A DNA stretch of 64,000 nucleotides from the human T2T-CHM13v2.0 reference genome, Homo sapiens. Below the pieces are notes generated by a model. It saw only the letters and a program-made list of their open reading frames with translations. It did not search any database and was not told the origin of the DNA. The position numbers were made by a program, and so were the translations under genes. The stretch's first letter is position 1, and every line of letters begins with the position of its first letter. The DNA is taken from NCBI RefSeq assembly GCF_009914755.1, contig NC_060932.1. One strand, 5' to 3'. Shown here one piece after another: positions 40,980 to 55,520 of the stretch.

Positions 40980-41100
40980 CTTCAAAATCCAGAGACCCAG
41001 GCCCATGCTCAGGCCCCTGAATCAGAAATTGCAGGATGGGCCCCAAGCATCAATATTTCCAAGATGTTCCTTAGTGATTCTGATGCTTGTGTGGTGAGGA
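40980..41100. mobile_element. MER5-type fragment
   Basis: ctgaatcagaaattgcaggatgggccccaagcatc...gtgattctgatgc. Confidence 0.6.
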
Positions 41101-41199
41101 GCTGTAAGGCTGAAAGAATAGTCTCTGCTCTGGTCTTTCGTTGGAAATGGATGAGTCCTTTTACAAAATTTTTCCTCTTGCCATGGGTGTTATGTTTAG

Positions 41200-41325
41200 A
41201 ATCATGGAGTTGGAAGACTTAGATTCAATTTGGGGCTGTACAGTTTACTGGAAGTTGTATGAACTTGAGCAAGTGTCTCTTAATGTCTCTCAGCCTCAAT
41301 GCCCTTCCCTGTAAAAGATGAGATT
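41200..41325 (+). mobile_element. MIR fragment
   Basis: acttgagcaagtgtctcttaatgtctctcagcctcaatgcccttccctgtaaaa. Confidence 0.7.
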
Positions 41326-42352
41326 AAGAGAGGACACATTCAAGGCTCTTAGAGTGTCTGATAGGTACCAACTATGACTACACTGCCTGCCACCAGAGCA
41401 TTCCGAGCAACCTCCTTCATCTTCATAGTTTCACCATGGGGATTGTTTTGATCATTATTTTGATAAGTTTGTGCCCCACACACTTCCTGTTCATTGTCAT
41501 TCTGTGTTGGAACAGTCAAAGTCTTGCATCAGGGTTCTTATATTTTGTAGAGAGATGCTATCCATTATTCCTAATAATAATGTGAAGGTAAAAGAAGGAT
41601 AATCCCCTGAAAGATGCTCTGTGAAGTGCCTGCTGCCTGCTGCTACTCCCAGCTCCAGCTCTCTATCTTGCTCTAATCCCAGTATTGTTTTGTCAGCCTG
41701 GGTAGGAGAAGTGACTTCTTGATGGATTTGAGCAAAAGGCAGTTTCTCCCACCGGGAAGAAGCATGGATGCCTTAAAATCTCCTGTGTAAAATCACCCTC
41801 CTGTAGAAGGAAGCGCCAATGAAGATTAACCATTTCATGTCAGTGAACACACTGCAGTGTGTGGGTGTGTTTAGCTCTCAATATCAGTGTGCTAGCTTTC
41901 TTTCCCAGCTGAATTGTCAATTCCTCAAAGGCAGCTTCATCCTGCACAGGGCTTTGCAGACCTCTGGGAACAACAATGTGTGTGACAGGCGGCCCTCTGG
42001 CACAGGCATGGCTTGTTTACTCTGCTGGTTTAAATTGCCTGTCTTATGTACCAGTATTTATATGTGTAACAAATGGGGGCTGGCTAATTATGTGGTTCTC
42101 AGTAGGAATCGAGTCTCTGCTGGAACCAGCTCAGTCTCTGCCCACTATTTATAGCCTTCATATGTCCCAAATTTTCCAGTTCTGATTTCAAATATTCTAT
42201 CCCACTGTCTCCAGAAGTACACTTTATGCTTGTCAGACCACATGTCAATTTATGGCTTGAGAAATATAGTTACAGTATTATAACTGCTACCCTGAATACC
42301 ACATTTTCTAGCTGTGAGATTGGAATCCTGCCTCTTAAAAACAAATTGAACA

Positions 42353-42739
<387 letters not shown>

Positions 42740-43009
42740 TCAAAGCTTTACCTAAAAATATTACAGATCTGGAATTAAATGACTATGTGATAACACAAAT
42801 CTTGATGTCAGTTGTCCTCCTTGAAACAGTGCCTTTCACACAGAACATGGTCATTAGTTAGTAGAATGATTGAATAGGGTGAATAGTATATTGACACTTT
42901 CACATTACTGTACGCTATGGAACTCTGATGTGGATATGCTGTGTTACTTCTCAGTCATCCATAAAGGCACAAAGTTACACTATATAAAGTGTGAAAGGGG
43001 CAGATTTGT

Positions 43010-43220
43010 AACACATTTGAGCCCCTACTTTGTATGAGGCACCAAGATAGGCACTTTCTCTTGACTTACTCAGAAAAACCCGAAGGTGTGGGCACCATAG
43101 TCTTCATGTTACAGACAGGAGAATGGAGACTCAGAGATGAAGGAGTTTGCTTGGAATGCTCAGGTGGCAGGCAGTGTAGTCAGAAGGAGAACTTAGACTG
43201 CTGTGATCGCAAAGTCCTTT
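43010..43220 (-). mobile_element. MIR fragment
   Basis: catgttacagacaggagaatggagactcagagatgaaggagtttgc. Confidence 0.65.
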
Positions 43221-43789
43221 TATAAATCAGGGTTTCTCACATTACTTTTTATTCTGCTCAGAATGATAATAAATGCAATAAAAATTATTGCCCATCAGCC
43301 TCAAGCTCCCTGTTGCTTTTTAAGGGATATTTGCAAATGTAATCCATCTACTAAATGCCCTCCTGCCTTTGTCACAGCTTCCTATCCCATGTTTCAGTGC
43401 TGGAGCAGACCCGTGTGTGTTTGGGAGCAGGGGTAGCTGGAGCTCTTGGAGGCCTCGCAGAGAGATGGCCTTGCCCATGATGAAGTCCTCTGGTGACTCT
43501 GCAGGACTGGCTTCGGTCTTCAAATTGGATATTTCCACTGGCACATAACCAAGCCTCAGTCAATGGAACTATACATCCATAAGTCTCAGAAAGCAGAAGG
43601 ATGGCTTCCTAAATGATTTTTCCTTATGCTATATGTGCCAATAGATATCACTAATACAATCAGTACAAATAACAGTTCATGGCTTCAGACAACAGAGGTC
43701 TTTTCAACCTCTGTTGAGTCTGTAGAAAATCATCTTGATAAAATGCTATTAAATTTAAGGATATGGAGTGCAGGTTCTGCAAGAAGAAT

Positions 43790-43858
43790 GGCCCTGGGAC
43801 CTAGAACAGTGCCTGGTCCAAAGTTGGTACTCAAATATTTCAAATAAATGAATGAATC
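43790..43858 (+). mobile_element. L2 3' end
   Basis: cctagaacagtgcctgg...aaatgaatgaat. Confidence 0.7.
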
Positions 43859-46800
43859 AGGGACTCAGTGGCTCTCTTTCCAAATTTATTACAGTTAAGT
43901 CCATAGGCAATCGCAGCATTTCATAGAACTGCCAGACATGATGGCCAAGGCAGAGAAGAATCTTGATTAATCCTTGTTAATACAAGTCAGGTTTTTCTAT
44001 TTTCAGAGGTCCCTAGGTACTGGAGCAACTCTGCTATCTGGTATACCCAAATAGCCCAGTACCTAGCACAGTTCTGACATAGAATAGGTATTCTGTAGTA
44101 CAATAAGTGAATCAGGGCATTTCAGTCGTCAAGAGTATGAACTGGAATTCTGCTCTTGGTTGCAAGATATCCATAATAGGAAAACTATATATCAAAAAAA
44201 ATATTGCTTCAGACTTAGTTGTCAAGGGAGCCAAGACCTTGTGTGTGTTCATCATAGTTAAAATGCTCACTAATTGATACTGCTGGAAGGCTTACCTCAT
44301 GAACAATGTTCTGTCACCTATGAAAATGCACTGAAGTAGCTTCTTGGGTAAACACTGGTAGGAGCTCATATTCATAACTTTTAAGCTGCTGGTACAGTCC
44401 AAAAAAGGTTACCACTAGATAATCTAAAATATTCTTGGAGACACTCGGGTTGCATTTGGATTCAGTCATTAACAGCTTTTTGTTTTAGAATGAAAGTATG
44501 CCTGCCTCTGGGAAAGAAAAAGGAAAAATTTTCCAATTAATTAGGCAGACTGGAGGTATTACATTGTGTATTTTCAAGGAAAAATGGAACAAATATGGTC
44601 TTGCAGAAGTTAAGTTGTTCTTTGTTTGCCAAACTGCAAGATAGATTAATTGAAAAAAAAATCATAAATTTTTGCTTTTCAAATATGGCTGGAAACCCAC
44701 AATTAGATTAAAAACCCTTTCCATCACATGGCATTGTGCTGGTAAACGTTGTAGTGAGTTGCTGCGCAAAAGACAGACTTCAGCCTCCACCAGGCTCAGT
44801 AAAGACTGCAACAAATAAATGGAGGCAGTGTCCTGCTTTCTGCTTTCATTTGATCTGTATTTGGTATGGCAGGATATATTTTGAAAATTACTTTGCTATA
44901 ATGAAAAGTGAGGAATTGCAGATTAGCTCTTACTAAAAGCAAATTAAACTTCCCCTCTACCTCTTGGAGAGTTATTCCCACCACAAGATGAGAAGGGCTC
45001 ATTTACCTTGGGTTCGGCTTGACAACTACTGAAGAGTAGACAACTTTTTGTTCTATATCCAGTGTTCTTGCATAGAAGCAGTCACAGGATGGGGTTCCCT
45101 CCTGCTGGTAAACTACTATTCTATGTGGCAAGGAGGTTGGAAAGAAAGATCGGGGAAGTGGAGAATAGGCACCAAGGAGGAGGAGATGGGGGTTATATAT
45201 GTGCCAAGCTGCCTTGCGTGCCAGCTGATGGTGTCCCTTATAAATGGAAAGAAGTCAGGGTCCATGATATACATCAGTCATTTCCATAACTATCCAAACC
45301 ACCACAAACCAAAAGTTTGGTGATAAGAAAGATGACCAAGGGGAAAAAGAAGTAAATGCTTAAAATTTATCATAAAATCAGTTTAGTTCTGTAAAAGGGA
45401 ATGAAAAATGATTGGTTTTACTAAATTAATTGAAAAAGGAATTTCCTATCACCTAATTTGCTTTTCTTCACCTTCATAATATTTTATGAATACATAAATT
45501 ATTTTGTATTTTTATTATTTATGTATTTATAGTTACTTTGTGGATACACAAATGACATATACTGTCTAATATTGCATTTCTTTTTCTAAGTGGACTTCTA
45601 TGATGTCTCTATTAAGTGTGAGATTTCTAAAATATATAATTTGGCTTGATGCTTCTGAACTTGAAACAGGGGCTTTTTGAGAAGGAATGCTGATGCTGTG
45701 TTAATGATCCAGTGGCTTCTATTTTAAATTTTTAAACAAAAAATGGGGCTTGCTTTTCTGATCCAGAAATGCTAACTTCAGATTTAGTACACTGTGTTAT
45801 GTTTGTAGTATCCAAAAGGAATTTGGTGGAAAATCACATAAGTTTGGCTATAGCCTAGTACAGTGTCTAGAATGTAGTCAGTTCTTAATTGATGTTTGTG
45901 GAATAAATGAATGGATGACCAGAAGCATTAGGCATTCATTTAAGGGTTGAACACATCAATACTCTTGACACAGCTATGGAACTCAATCAACTGGTGGCCT
46001 CAGGGAACACTTTACCATTACAGTTTGTTACTGATACAACTCACAGGGCAGATGCTCATTATAAGACAGGGAATTAATGAGGCCTAGGATCTCAGTTTAA
46101 TGCCTCTAGGGGCCAGTTATCTTTATTCTGTTCCATGGCTGCATCCACAACCCATAATCTTTGCCAGCTGTCACACACCAGGGCATGCTCTTTGTCACAA
46201 AGGGGCCCAGAAAGTAGATCATGAGTAGATTAGCTCAGACCCATTACCACTTAGGAGAAATAAAGCAAAAGGCATGCACTCTTTAGAGGGGGTCAGTTGG
46301 AACAATTGAATAAATGAAGAACAGCCCATTTTGTAGCCGACTGGACCTGGTTCTATAACAACATGTTGTGGTTCTGTGTGTGCAATGCTCTGACCTTGTA
46401 GGCCATAGGCAACCTAGCCACATTTGCTGAGCATGGAGTAGTTCCAAAGCCCTGACTCTAGCGAAATACTCAACCCACAGAATGCGAAATGGACTTGGGC
46501 ATGTTACAGCCACATATCTCTTCCATAAATCCCCTTTTTGCTAAACCCATATATTTGAAATTATTTCAGCATTATCTAGTAACATTCTTTGAATAATAGA
46601 CTAGTATATTTTCTCCTTGGCAAGCCTCACCTTGATCTGCATTATCATTTAGGCCCCATCTGAAAACACCATTAATTTAAATAAGCAATAGAGACTGAAA
46701 TAAAATTCCATTCATGCTTAACTCTCCAATGTGGTTTGGAAATGCTTTCTTCTTCAGCCAGTCTTATGTTACATGCTGGATGGTCTTTTCTTTGACCACC

Positions 46801-47859
46801 TCATAAAAAAGGGCTCATAAATACTTTTCATGTGTTATTTAAACTAGCGGTACTCCCTGAGGCACTGCACTCCTATTTTTTTTTTAATCCTTTGTGTATT
46901 TCTAAGGCATTTCTAAACTAGTAGCAGAGGAAAAAGCGTATTCTAACTTGAGAGGACCACGTTATATCACTATCAGGCCACAAATTTCCTTTACTGATAA
47001 AAATAATTCTCTTCTCTGCAAAATATTGCCTAATTTATGTACTTTCCTTCTAAAAATAATCCATTGTGAGAGTAAGTGCCAGAATTAGAATATATATGTC
47101 TTTTCTTGATGTTTCTGATGCCAGAGCTGTGATATTTCAGCACAAGGATGTTCTATGGTATTCTGATAAGCAAAAGCTTTATTCTCCCATAAGAATCTAT
47201 TCACTTCTAATTAGCAAGGAAGAAGAGACAATAGAAGAGTAGCTGCCTGGTTTATTGATTTGCAATGCTGTATGTGGCATGGTCTTGGCTAGGATTTGAA
47301 ATGGTCCATCCACTTTTTGCAATAGGTTGGGGGTGGGGTCATGGCCTGCATTTCACTGGTGTCCTGATTCACATGTTTCTTTTCCCTGTGGTATCTTCGT
47401 TCGTTCTTGTGTTTTTATTATGCTTGTCTTTCCCATTTTGAAATAAATTTTGGTTGGCTCTACTGCCCCCATTCAACTACTGTATCCCTCCTTTCAAGTT
47501 CATGTGAACTTACAATTGCCCATGGCTCCCCACTCCTCACTTTAGCCATAGAATCGAAATATACACTGTATTAGAATTGGAAAGGAACTGAGAGATTACC
47601 TAGTCCGGCTTCCCTCCAAGTGTAGAAGTTCCTCCTTCAGTGTTTGTTTCCACACTTGTAGGAACACGTGGTGTTTAGCTTTGCAGGTTATATACTTATT
47701 GCTCAGACTGCGAGAGACTCAAAACATGGATTCCATCTTCAACCATTTATTGGTACTTACCTATAAAGTTTATGAGCTCTGTGGAATTTCTTATACATAA
47801 TTCTCCTGGACTTCTTAAGGATTTGAAAAATATCAGCTCTAAAGAATTTATCTGCCTTC

Positions 47860-49450
47860 TTTTTTTTAACTTTTAAGCTCAGGAGTACATGTGCAGATTT
47901 GTTACTTAGGCAAACTGTGTCATGGGGGTTTGTTGTACATGTTATTTCATCACCCAGGTGTTAAGCCTAGTACCCAGTAGTTACTTTTCCCGATCCTCTA
48001 CCTCCTCCCACCCTTCACCCTTTGATAGGCACCAGTGTGTGCTATTCCCCTTTGTGTCCATGTGTTCTCATCCTTTAGCTCCGACTTAGAGAACATGTTG
48101 TATTTGTTTTTTTGTTCCTGCCTCAGTTTGCTAAAGATAATGGCCTCCAGCTCCATCCATGTCCCTGCAAATGACATGATCTCATTCTTTTTTATGGCTG
48201 CATAGTATTCCATGGTGTATATGTACCACAATTTCTTTATCTAGTCTATCATTGATGGGCATTTAGGTTGATTCTATGTCTTTCCTATTGTGAATAGTGT
48301 TGCAATGAACATATGTGTGTATGTGTCTTTATAATAGAACTATTTATATTTCTTTGGGTATGTGCCCGGTAACCATGATTGCAGGGTCAAATGGTATTTC
48401 TGTCTTTATATCTTTGAGGAATCACTGTACTTTCTTTCACAATGATTGAACTAATTTACACTCCCACTAACAATGTATTATTGTTCCTTTTTCTCTACAA
48501 CCTTACCAGCATCTGTTATTTTTTGACCTTTTAACAATAGCCATTCTGAATTGTGTGAGATGGTATCTCATTGTGATTTTGATTTTCACTTCTCTAATGA
48601 TCAGTGCTGTTGAACTTTTTTTCAATGTGACTTTTGGCCACATGTATGTGGTCTTTTGAAAAGTGTTCCTGTCCTTTGCCCAGGTTTTAAAGGGGTTGTT
48701 TTTTTCTTATAAATTTGTTTAAGTTCCTTATAGATATTGGATATTAAACTTTTGTCAGGTACATAGTTTGAAAAATTTTTCTCCTATTCTGTAAGTTGTC
48801 TGTTTGTTGATAGTTTCTTTTGCTGTGCAGAAACTCTTTAGTTTAATTGATCTCATTTGTCAGTTTTTGCTTTTGTTGCAATTACTTTTGGTGTCTTTGT
48901 CATGAAATATTTGCCTGTTCCTATGTTGTGAATGGTATTGCCTAGGTTGTCTTACAGAGTTTTTATAATTTCGGTTTTTCCATTTAAGTATTTAATTCAT
49001 CTTGAGTTAATTTTTGAATATGTTGTAAAGAAGGGGTCCAGTTTCAGTCTTCTGCCTATGACTAGCCAGTTTTCCCAGCACCATTTTTTGAATAGGCAAT
49101 CCTTTCACCATTGCTTGTTTTTGTCAGGTTTGTCAAAGATCAGATAGTTGTAGGCGTGTGGTCATATTTCTGGGTTTTCTATTCTGTCTCATTGGTCCAT
49201 GTATCTGTTTTTGTACCAGTATCATGCTTTTTTGGTTACTGTAGCCCTGCAGTATATTTTGAAGTTGGGTAGCATGATGCCTCCAGCTTTGTTCTTTTTG
49301 TTTAGGATTGCCTTGGCTAGTCAGGCTTTTTTGTGGTTCCATATGAATTTTAAAAATATTTTTTCCAGTTTTGTGAAGAATCTTATTGGTAGTTTAATAG
49401 GAATAGCATTGAATCCGTAAATTGCTTTGGGCAGTATGACCATTTTAACA
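47860..49450 (-). mobile_element. 5'-truncated L1PA13-16-type element
   Basis: 3'UTR plus ORF2 C-terminus remnant MWYIYTMEYYAAIKKNEIMSFAGTWMELEAII; short TSD ccttctt. Confidence 0.92.
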
Positions 49451-49709
49451 ACCATCCTTCTTCAGTCTGTATATCCCGATTCATATGAACAGATGTCACT
49501 TCTTTCCAAAATTCATAATCCATATTTACAATTACCTCCTGGTCAACTCAACCTGGATTAATTCAACATTCTTTCATTCATTTAGCAGATTTTTACTGAG
49601 CAACAGGTATGTTCTAGGCATTGTGCTAGGCACTGGGGATATAGATGTGAACCAAACACACCATTGCTGTCTTGGATTTTGTAGCTAGAGGGGTGAGAGA
49701 TAATAAGGA

Positions 49710-49882
49710 GATATATATATCCTTATTATATAGAAGGATATATATACACACATATCCTATATATGAGTATATCCATATATATATTATATATATGGATACT
49801 ATATATATCCTATATATATATGGATACACATATATATCCTATGTATCTTTGTGTGTATATATATGCATATATGTGTGTGTAT
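49710..49882. repeat. (TA)n-rich low-complexity tract
   Basis: atatatatatcc-type units. Confidence 0.9.
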
Positions 49883-49981
49883 AACATGCTCCATAAGTTG
49901 CTCAAACATTGCATACCTAGAAATTAACCCGTCAGCTTGCTTCCCTTTTAAATGAACTCTCCACTCCCTTAAATCCTACAT

Positions 49982-50155
49982 CAGTGGTTCTCAAAGGGTG
50001 ATCTCCAGAGTAGCAGCAGCATCTCCTGAGAGCTTGTTGAAATGCAAGCTCTTGGACCCCACCAAGACCTATTAAATTGAAAGTTTGGGGGACAGGGCCC
50101 AGTAGTCTGCATTAGCAAGCCTTCCAGTGATTCTGACGTGTGCTCAAGTTTGATC
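49982..50155. mobile_element. MER5A
   Basis: cagtggttctcaaag...agcagcatctcctgagagcttgttgaaatgca...gtgattctgacgtgtgctcaagtttga. Confidence 0.85.
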
Positions 50156-50177
50156 ATCTGTCTCTATAGGATCACTG

Positions 50178-50548
50178 TACAATCATGCATCACTTAACAA
50201 TGGGGACATGTTCTGAGGAATCCTTCATTAGGTGATTGCATTGTTGTGTGAATGTCAGAGTGTACTTACACAAACCTAGATGGTACAGCCTGCTATACAC
50301 CTCGGCTATATGGTGTAGTTTATTCCTCTTAGGCTACACACCTGTACAGCATGTTACTGTACTGAATACTGTAGGCAATGGTAATACAATGGTAAGTATT
50401 TGTGTATCTAAATATATCTAAACAGAGAAAAGGTAATGCATTGCACTATGACCATCACTAGGCGATAGGAGTCTTTCAGCACCATTATAATCTGATGGAA
50501 CCACTGTGGTATAGGTAGTCTGTTGTTGACCAAAATGTCCTTATGTAT
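50178..50548 (-). mobile_element. Tigger3a-like MITE
   Basis: Reverse-complement similarity to both ends of the Tigger3 at 27481-28711. Confidence 0.85.
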
Positions 50549-51209
50549 AGCCTCTCAAATTAGAAACTCCATAGCCCTATTGATTTTTTGGTTTCTCTTT
50601 TTCCCCCAAGTCACAATATCTTGTTAATTTTCCCTAAGAACATCTTCAACATCTGCTAGGTTTTAAATCTATACCCTTATGTCTTTCCTGGTATAGAGCA
50701 CTGTATTCCTAACTGATCTCCTAAGCATTGTTTACCTTCTCATCCTTCATCCTACGTTAAAAATCTTGTCCTACTGTGAAACAAGAAGAAACAAAAATTG
50801 CCATTGGCCACTTGCTGCCTTCTGGATAAAATCTAAACTAAGTGAGCCACATAAGGTCCTGCATAATTTGCGCAGAACTATTTTACAGCCTTGTCTATGC
50901 AATTTTTTTTTTGCAATTATTCGCTGCCTTTCCCTAATCCATAAATATGCCATCACACCTCACCCCCTTTTATGATAATCTCTGCAAATGGCTGTTGATT
51001 GTGACTACAAACACTGCTGTAAATACACAATGACCCTTATCTCATCCTTTCCCCTCATTACTGTTCCTTTTTCAGCATGCAAAACTCCTTCAGAGACTGG
51101 ACCACCTCTGTGAAATCTGTGACTTCCCCTGGGAGTGTTACTTGCTCCCCTAAATCCCCACAATAGTTTGTTCATACCTAATGGAAGCACACTTACCATG
51201 TTCAACATC

Positions 51210-51320
51210 TGTTTGGAAAACTGAGATCATGAGACACAGAGAGCATTTGATTTGTCCAGGATCACACAGCTAGACAATAGCAGAGTTAAGAATCAACCTA
51301 GATCTCCTGGCTATCAGTCC
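51210..51320 (-). mobile_element. MIR fragment
   Basis: tgatttgtccaggatcacacagctag...cctagatctcctggc. Confidence 0.6.
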
Positions 51321-52139
51321 ACCGTAACTTATTCTGTGTTAATAAAATCCTGTTTTGTGTGTTTAGTAGTAGGAGTAGTGGACAATTTTTCTTTTTCTTA
51401 GACATTACTAGTGAAATCCAGGAGATTTTTCATAATCCCACTTAAAGTGGGAGTCTTTGTTTTTGCTAAATTGAGAGCTGGAGAAATTTGAGCATCGCTT
51501 TATGCTGCTGGAGTCTCCTGCTGAATTCCCATACTATCAAGATTCTCTTACAACATCTGGCCATTTTACAGGGCATTTCATGGAGCAAATCAATTAACAT
51601 TAGAAGTAGGGGCAGAGAGAAAGAAAGAAAATATTTGAATGGTAGCGTAGTGCTCTCCAAATTCCCTAAGAAACAGTTGATGGCTGAATTGCATACAACC
51701 TTGTAAACTAATCATTTCTATATAATACCATGCATTCTTACACAAAAATATCAACATTTTATTAAGTTCAAGATCAGAATCATCAAATTCTTTGGACCAT
51801 CGACAAAACGTAAATAGATATAATTTAATATGAATACCCTTAGCTTTACCACTGATTTATCCTGTCTAACAGTGGGTTCTGAGACTAAGATTGTGGGTTA
51901 AGAAACTACATTTAGCCATTAAGGCTCTGGGGGTGGCTCTTGCAAGATGTACTCGTTGGATTCTGACTAAACAGTGCAGGAAAAATCTTGGCAGTGGCTA
52001 TTGCAGCCCCTTGAGCAGTGTTTGATGTACTCAAAACATATAAGCTGTTTCCACTTGTGAAATTTAGTCCTGGTGAAACTGGTGGTTCATAGCAATAGAG
52101 CACCAGTAGGTATGTGTACACACATATACACGTGGAGAA

Positions 52140-52265
52140 TAATTCATTTATCTCCATTTTGAACATGTAAACACCGAAACGTATTGATATATCTAGAGTA
52201 CCTAGAACAGTACTTGATGCGTCATAGGCACTCATGCAGATGTTGTTGAATGAATAAATGAATGT
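52140..52265 (+). mobile_element. L2 3' end
   Basis: cctagaacagtacttgatgcgtcataggcactc...tgttgaatgaataaatgaatg. Confidence 0.75.
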
Positions 52266-52977
52266 GGTTAAAGAATAGCATTGATGCTCTAATGGCCATT
52301 TTAACTAAGTACAGTCACCATTTTACAAATTCTGTGATACTTTGGAAAGTACCTGATTTCTCTAATTTGAAGAAATAATCTGTATTGAGGGATGTTAGCA
52401 CTTCTCTTGTAGGGCTGGTGTAAGGATTAAATGAAATAACATTTAGAAAGTGGCTAATTAGTAGTTAATGGAAATCAAGTTATTCAGCTAGAGTCTGTTT
52501 TTCTGTGAAATGTGGATTAAAAAATGAGGCAGATGACCCTTCTAGGGTGTTAGTGAGTATCCAATAATTCATAAGTATGAACATACTAAGTTGTACATGT
52601 AATTGTATGTAAAATGGTGTTATAGGCCTTTGTTAAGAGTTGTCAAGAAAATGCCATTCCCAGGCACTCCCCATGATTCAAAAAGTGAAGATCTTTAATT
52701 AAAATGACTTTGAGATCACAATGTTTGCCTGAATGTTAATCACCTCTCAAATATAATTAAATGGATTTACTAAGAATCTTTTTAAAATAAAAGGGTATTC
52801 TCTATCGTTTAACTTATATAAACAATACTGAGAATAAAGGAAATGGGAAAGAAAGATTCAGTCCTAGGCTGTCTATAAAATGGGAGAAGGGTCTCTTTTC
52901 TTTTATCTACCCTGAACCTCTTTGGATCTCACTTTTCTTCTAGTTATTTAGCACACTCTTCCCAATCACCCATCCCC

Positions 52978-53013
52978 ACAACACACACACACGCACATGC
53001 ACAGCACACACAC
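52978..53013. repeat. Imperfect (CA)n
   Basis: acaacacacacacacgcacatgcacagcacacacac. Confidence 0.8.
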
Positions 53014-53639
53014 AGATATTGAAGTGATGTAGGCTTCAGGCTTTGTTTTCTCTTTCTCTTTTCCCTAAGTCTTTTCCCATGCTGTGAATGGTAATGGACT
53101 ATGATCTGTTAGAAATGGGAACATAGCAATAACTCCAAAACAGAGCCTCACAAGTTTGAAGAATTGAGCCAAGCTGCATGATTTTCTAAACATTCCACTG
53201 AATTAATACCTTGTAAGTCCAGGGGGACCTTCATCTAAATCTCTCCAAACACTTGCCTGAGTTTGGTTAATCCTCAGTGTAGCCTTGGTGAAACATTCCC
53301 ACATTTTCGAGAGGCCACGAATGAAACCCTCACTCAGCCAGGAAGGTGCTGAGGAACTGGGGTGAGAAAAGGAAATTTCTACCCTGAGCCCTGTTACTCT
53401 CAGCATATTCAGGCACACCCAGCAAATTCATGGAACAGGACATGGGGAGAAGACAAAGAAGATTGTTTCAAATAAAAATAAACTTTAAAATGGAACAAGA
53501 AACATATTGCTTTATTTTTCATAGCTGAAAGATTCTGTATTTGCCAAATAATGGAATCAAAAGAATCTGTCTGTAATCAACTGCTATCTATGGCCTCTGC
53601 CTGGAGTTCTCCCCATGACCAAATTAATTATTAATAAAG

Positions 53640-54085
53640 TTATGCATTCAATAAACATTTACTGAGCACATCCCAGGTGTTGTCTAGGTATTAGGAAAAA
53701 TTCATAATGTGGATAAAACAGTGTCCCTTGCCCTTAAGGAACTTGCTGTGCAATGACAGAGAGAGACAGACAAATTTTAAAAATGCAATGTGGTAATATA
53801 TATGCACCACATGTATATGTTTGTGAACTCATTCTTTGATCTTAAAAATGACTTCAAGAAACTTTCTCTGAAGTTCCTCTATCTAAAAGTATTTCTCTGA
53901 ACTGCCCTAGCATAATTATCTGTATTTCCCTTATCTGCCTTTCTTATCTTGCATTCTGATTATTCATATTATTTTCCTTAATAATCTAAGTCTCTTGAGT
54001 GTAAAATTTCTGATTTATGTTTATATTCTGAGCTCTTGGCACAGAAACTTGCACATGATAGGCACTTAATATTAGCTGAGTAAAT
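53640..54085. mobile_element. Two L2 3' fragments in opposite orientation
   Basis: cattcaataaacatttactgagcac (minus) and cttgcacatgataggcacttaata (plus). Confidence 0.6.
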
Positions 54086-54899
54086 GGATACAATAATGGA
54101 CAATTTGAATCTGGACAATGATGTAAGAGATGTTATGTTTTAAAGCAAAGCAATTCTAAATCTTTGTCCCATAAAAGTATCACAGGTAACTTGTCAAGAG
54201 TGTAAAGGAAGGAAAGAAGGAATTCTAAATATATAGTGTCTGAACGCATCTAAAGGAAGTTCTTAACTATATTAATGAGAAGTTTAAATAAGGCAGTATG
54301 ACTGATTAAAATGGATTTTTATTCCTACAACTCATTTCAGTAGACAAATTGAACAAATGGTAGGATTTCTAAATCATTCGAAGCTCAGACCCAAACCTAT
54401 ATAATGTGTGTATTTGTATTGCTCTTTTGTCAATATGACAAACTGAAAAAATAAATACTTAATTTCTTCCACCCTAACTCACTCCAAATTAGTGTCTGGT
54501 GAAAGAACTGAGACTTTAACTTTCTAATGGTAAATCTGTGGTGTCACATGACTCAATTTTTTGGATCTACATAACTTTGGAGGAGAAACTGTAAGTAACA
54601 GTTGAAAAGATGCACGGAGCAGTAGAAGCCACAGAATGGTACTTGTGAGGCAGAAAAGCTGAGACATGCCTAGGGAAATAGGCATACACAAAGAAAAATG
54701 CTAATTGCTCAAATGACTGGCAGGATCCAGGTGAACAAATACATGCCAGAGCCTAAGTGCATGGGTGATGACATAATATTAGCCATGGCAGAGGGAGCAT
54801 GTTAGAAAAAATGTCAACTCATTTTCTGGAATGCCTTGCCAGTCTGGAAGCATGTGCCCTGAAAGCTTAGTGACCAAATGTTAAACTGCCTTAGATGGC

Positions 54900-55520
54900 T
54901 GCAGGACACAGGGCACAGAGCTGCACGCCTACTCTGCTAGGCCCTTCTCATCTTTCCAAGCTGGGGAGCTGGCTTTGTAATGGGTTTTTGGCATGGTAGA
55001 TTCATGTACCAGATCGAGAGGGAGAGGGACTGCTTTTTCCTGCTGCGGGGAAGGTTGGAGCTACTTCGTGTACTACTGGGATTCCCTCTCAAGGAATATC
55101 TTGGACTCGACTGTCTTTTTCCTGATGGATTATGTTTTGGATCCTCCCTTACCAAGGATATAATCATGGGCTGTTAACATTTTTTTGGACTTTGATTTGG
55201 CCAGTAAGTATAATGTTTTTGGAAACCTGTTTTCATTTAATTTCATTTCCTCTTTCCTGTTAAGCACATCATTGGGCTAGGAGAGAAGAACCTCAGGTTT
55301 TTGGAAGTGTTTTTGTTTTGTGCCGCTGCGCTCAGTTCGCGTTGGATACTGGAAGAGGAACAAAACCATAAGGCACTCATGACTTCCGCGGTTCCCTCTG
55401 CTGGAAAGCCAGATCCACACCCCGACCTGCCTTAGGTGGTTAGCACCAACTTCGAAACAATAGTCACTTCACACTAGCATAACATTACATAAGCCATTTC
55501 CTTCCCTTCTAGAATGCGGA
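54900..55520 (+). promoter_or_regulatory. Candidate promoter/enhancer with possible first exon ending at 55203
   Basis: Repeat-free, locally CpG-retaining; CCA|gtaagt donor at 55204; ETS-like ACTTCCG near 55382. Confidence 0.35.

Noticed and set aside
47998-49420. ORFs resembling a reverse-transcriptase-element protein
   Set aside because: Broken L1 ORF2 remnants in a 5'-truncated element; not an active gene.
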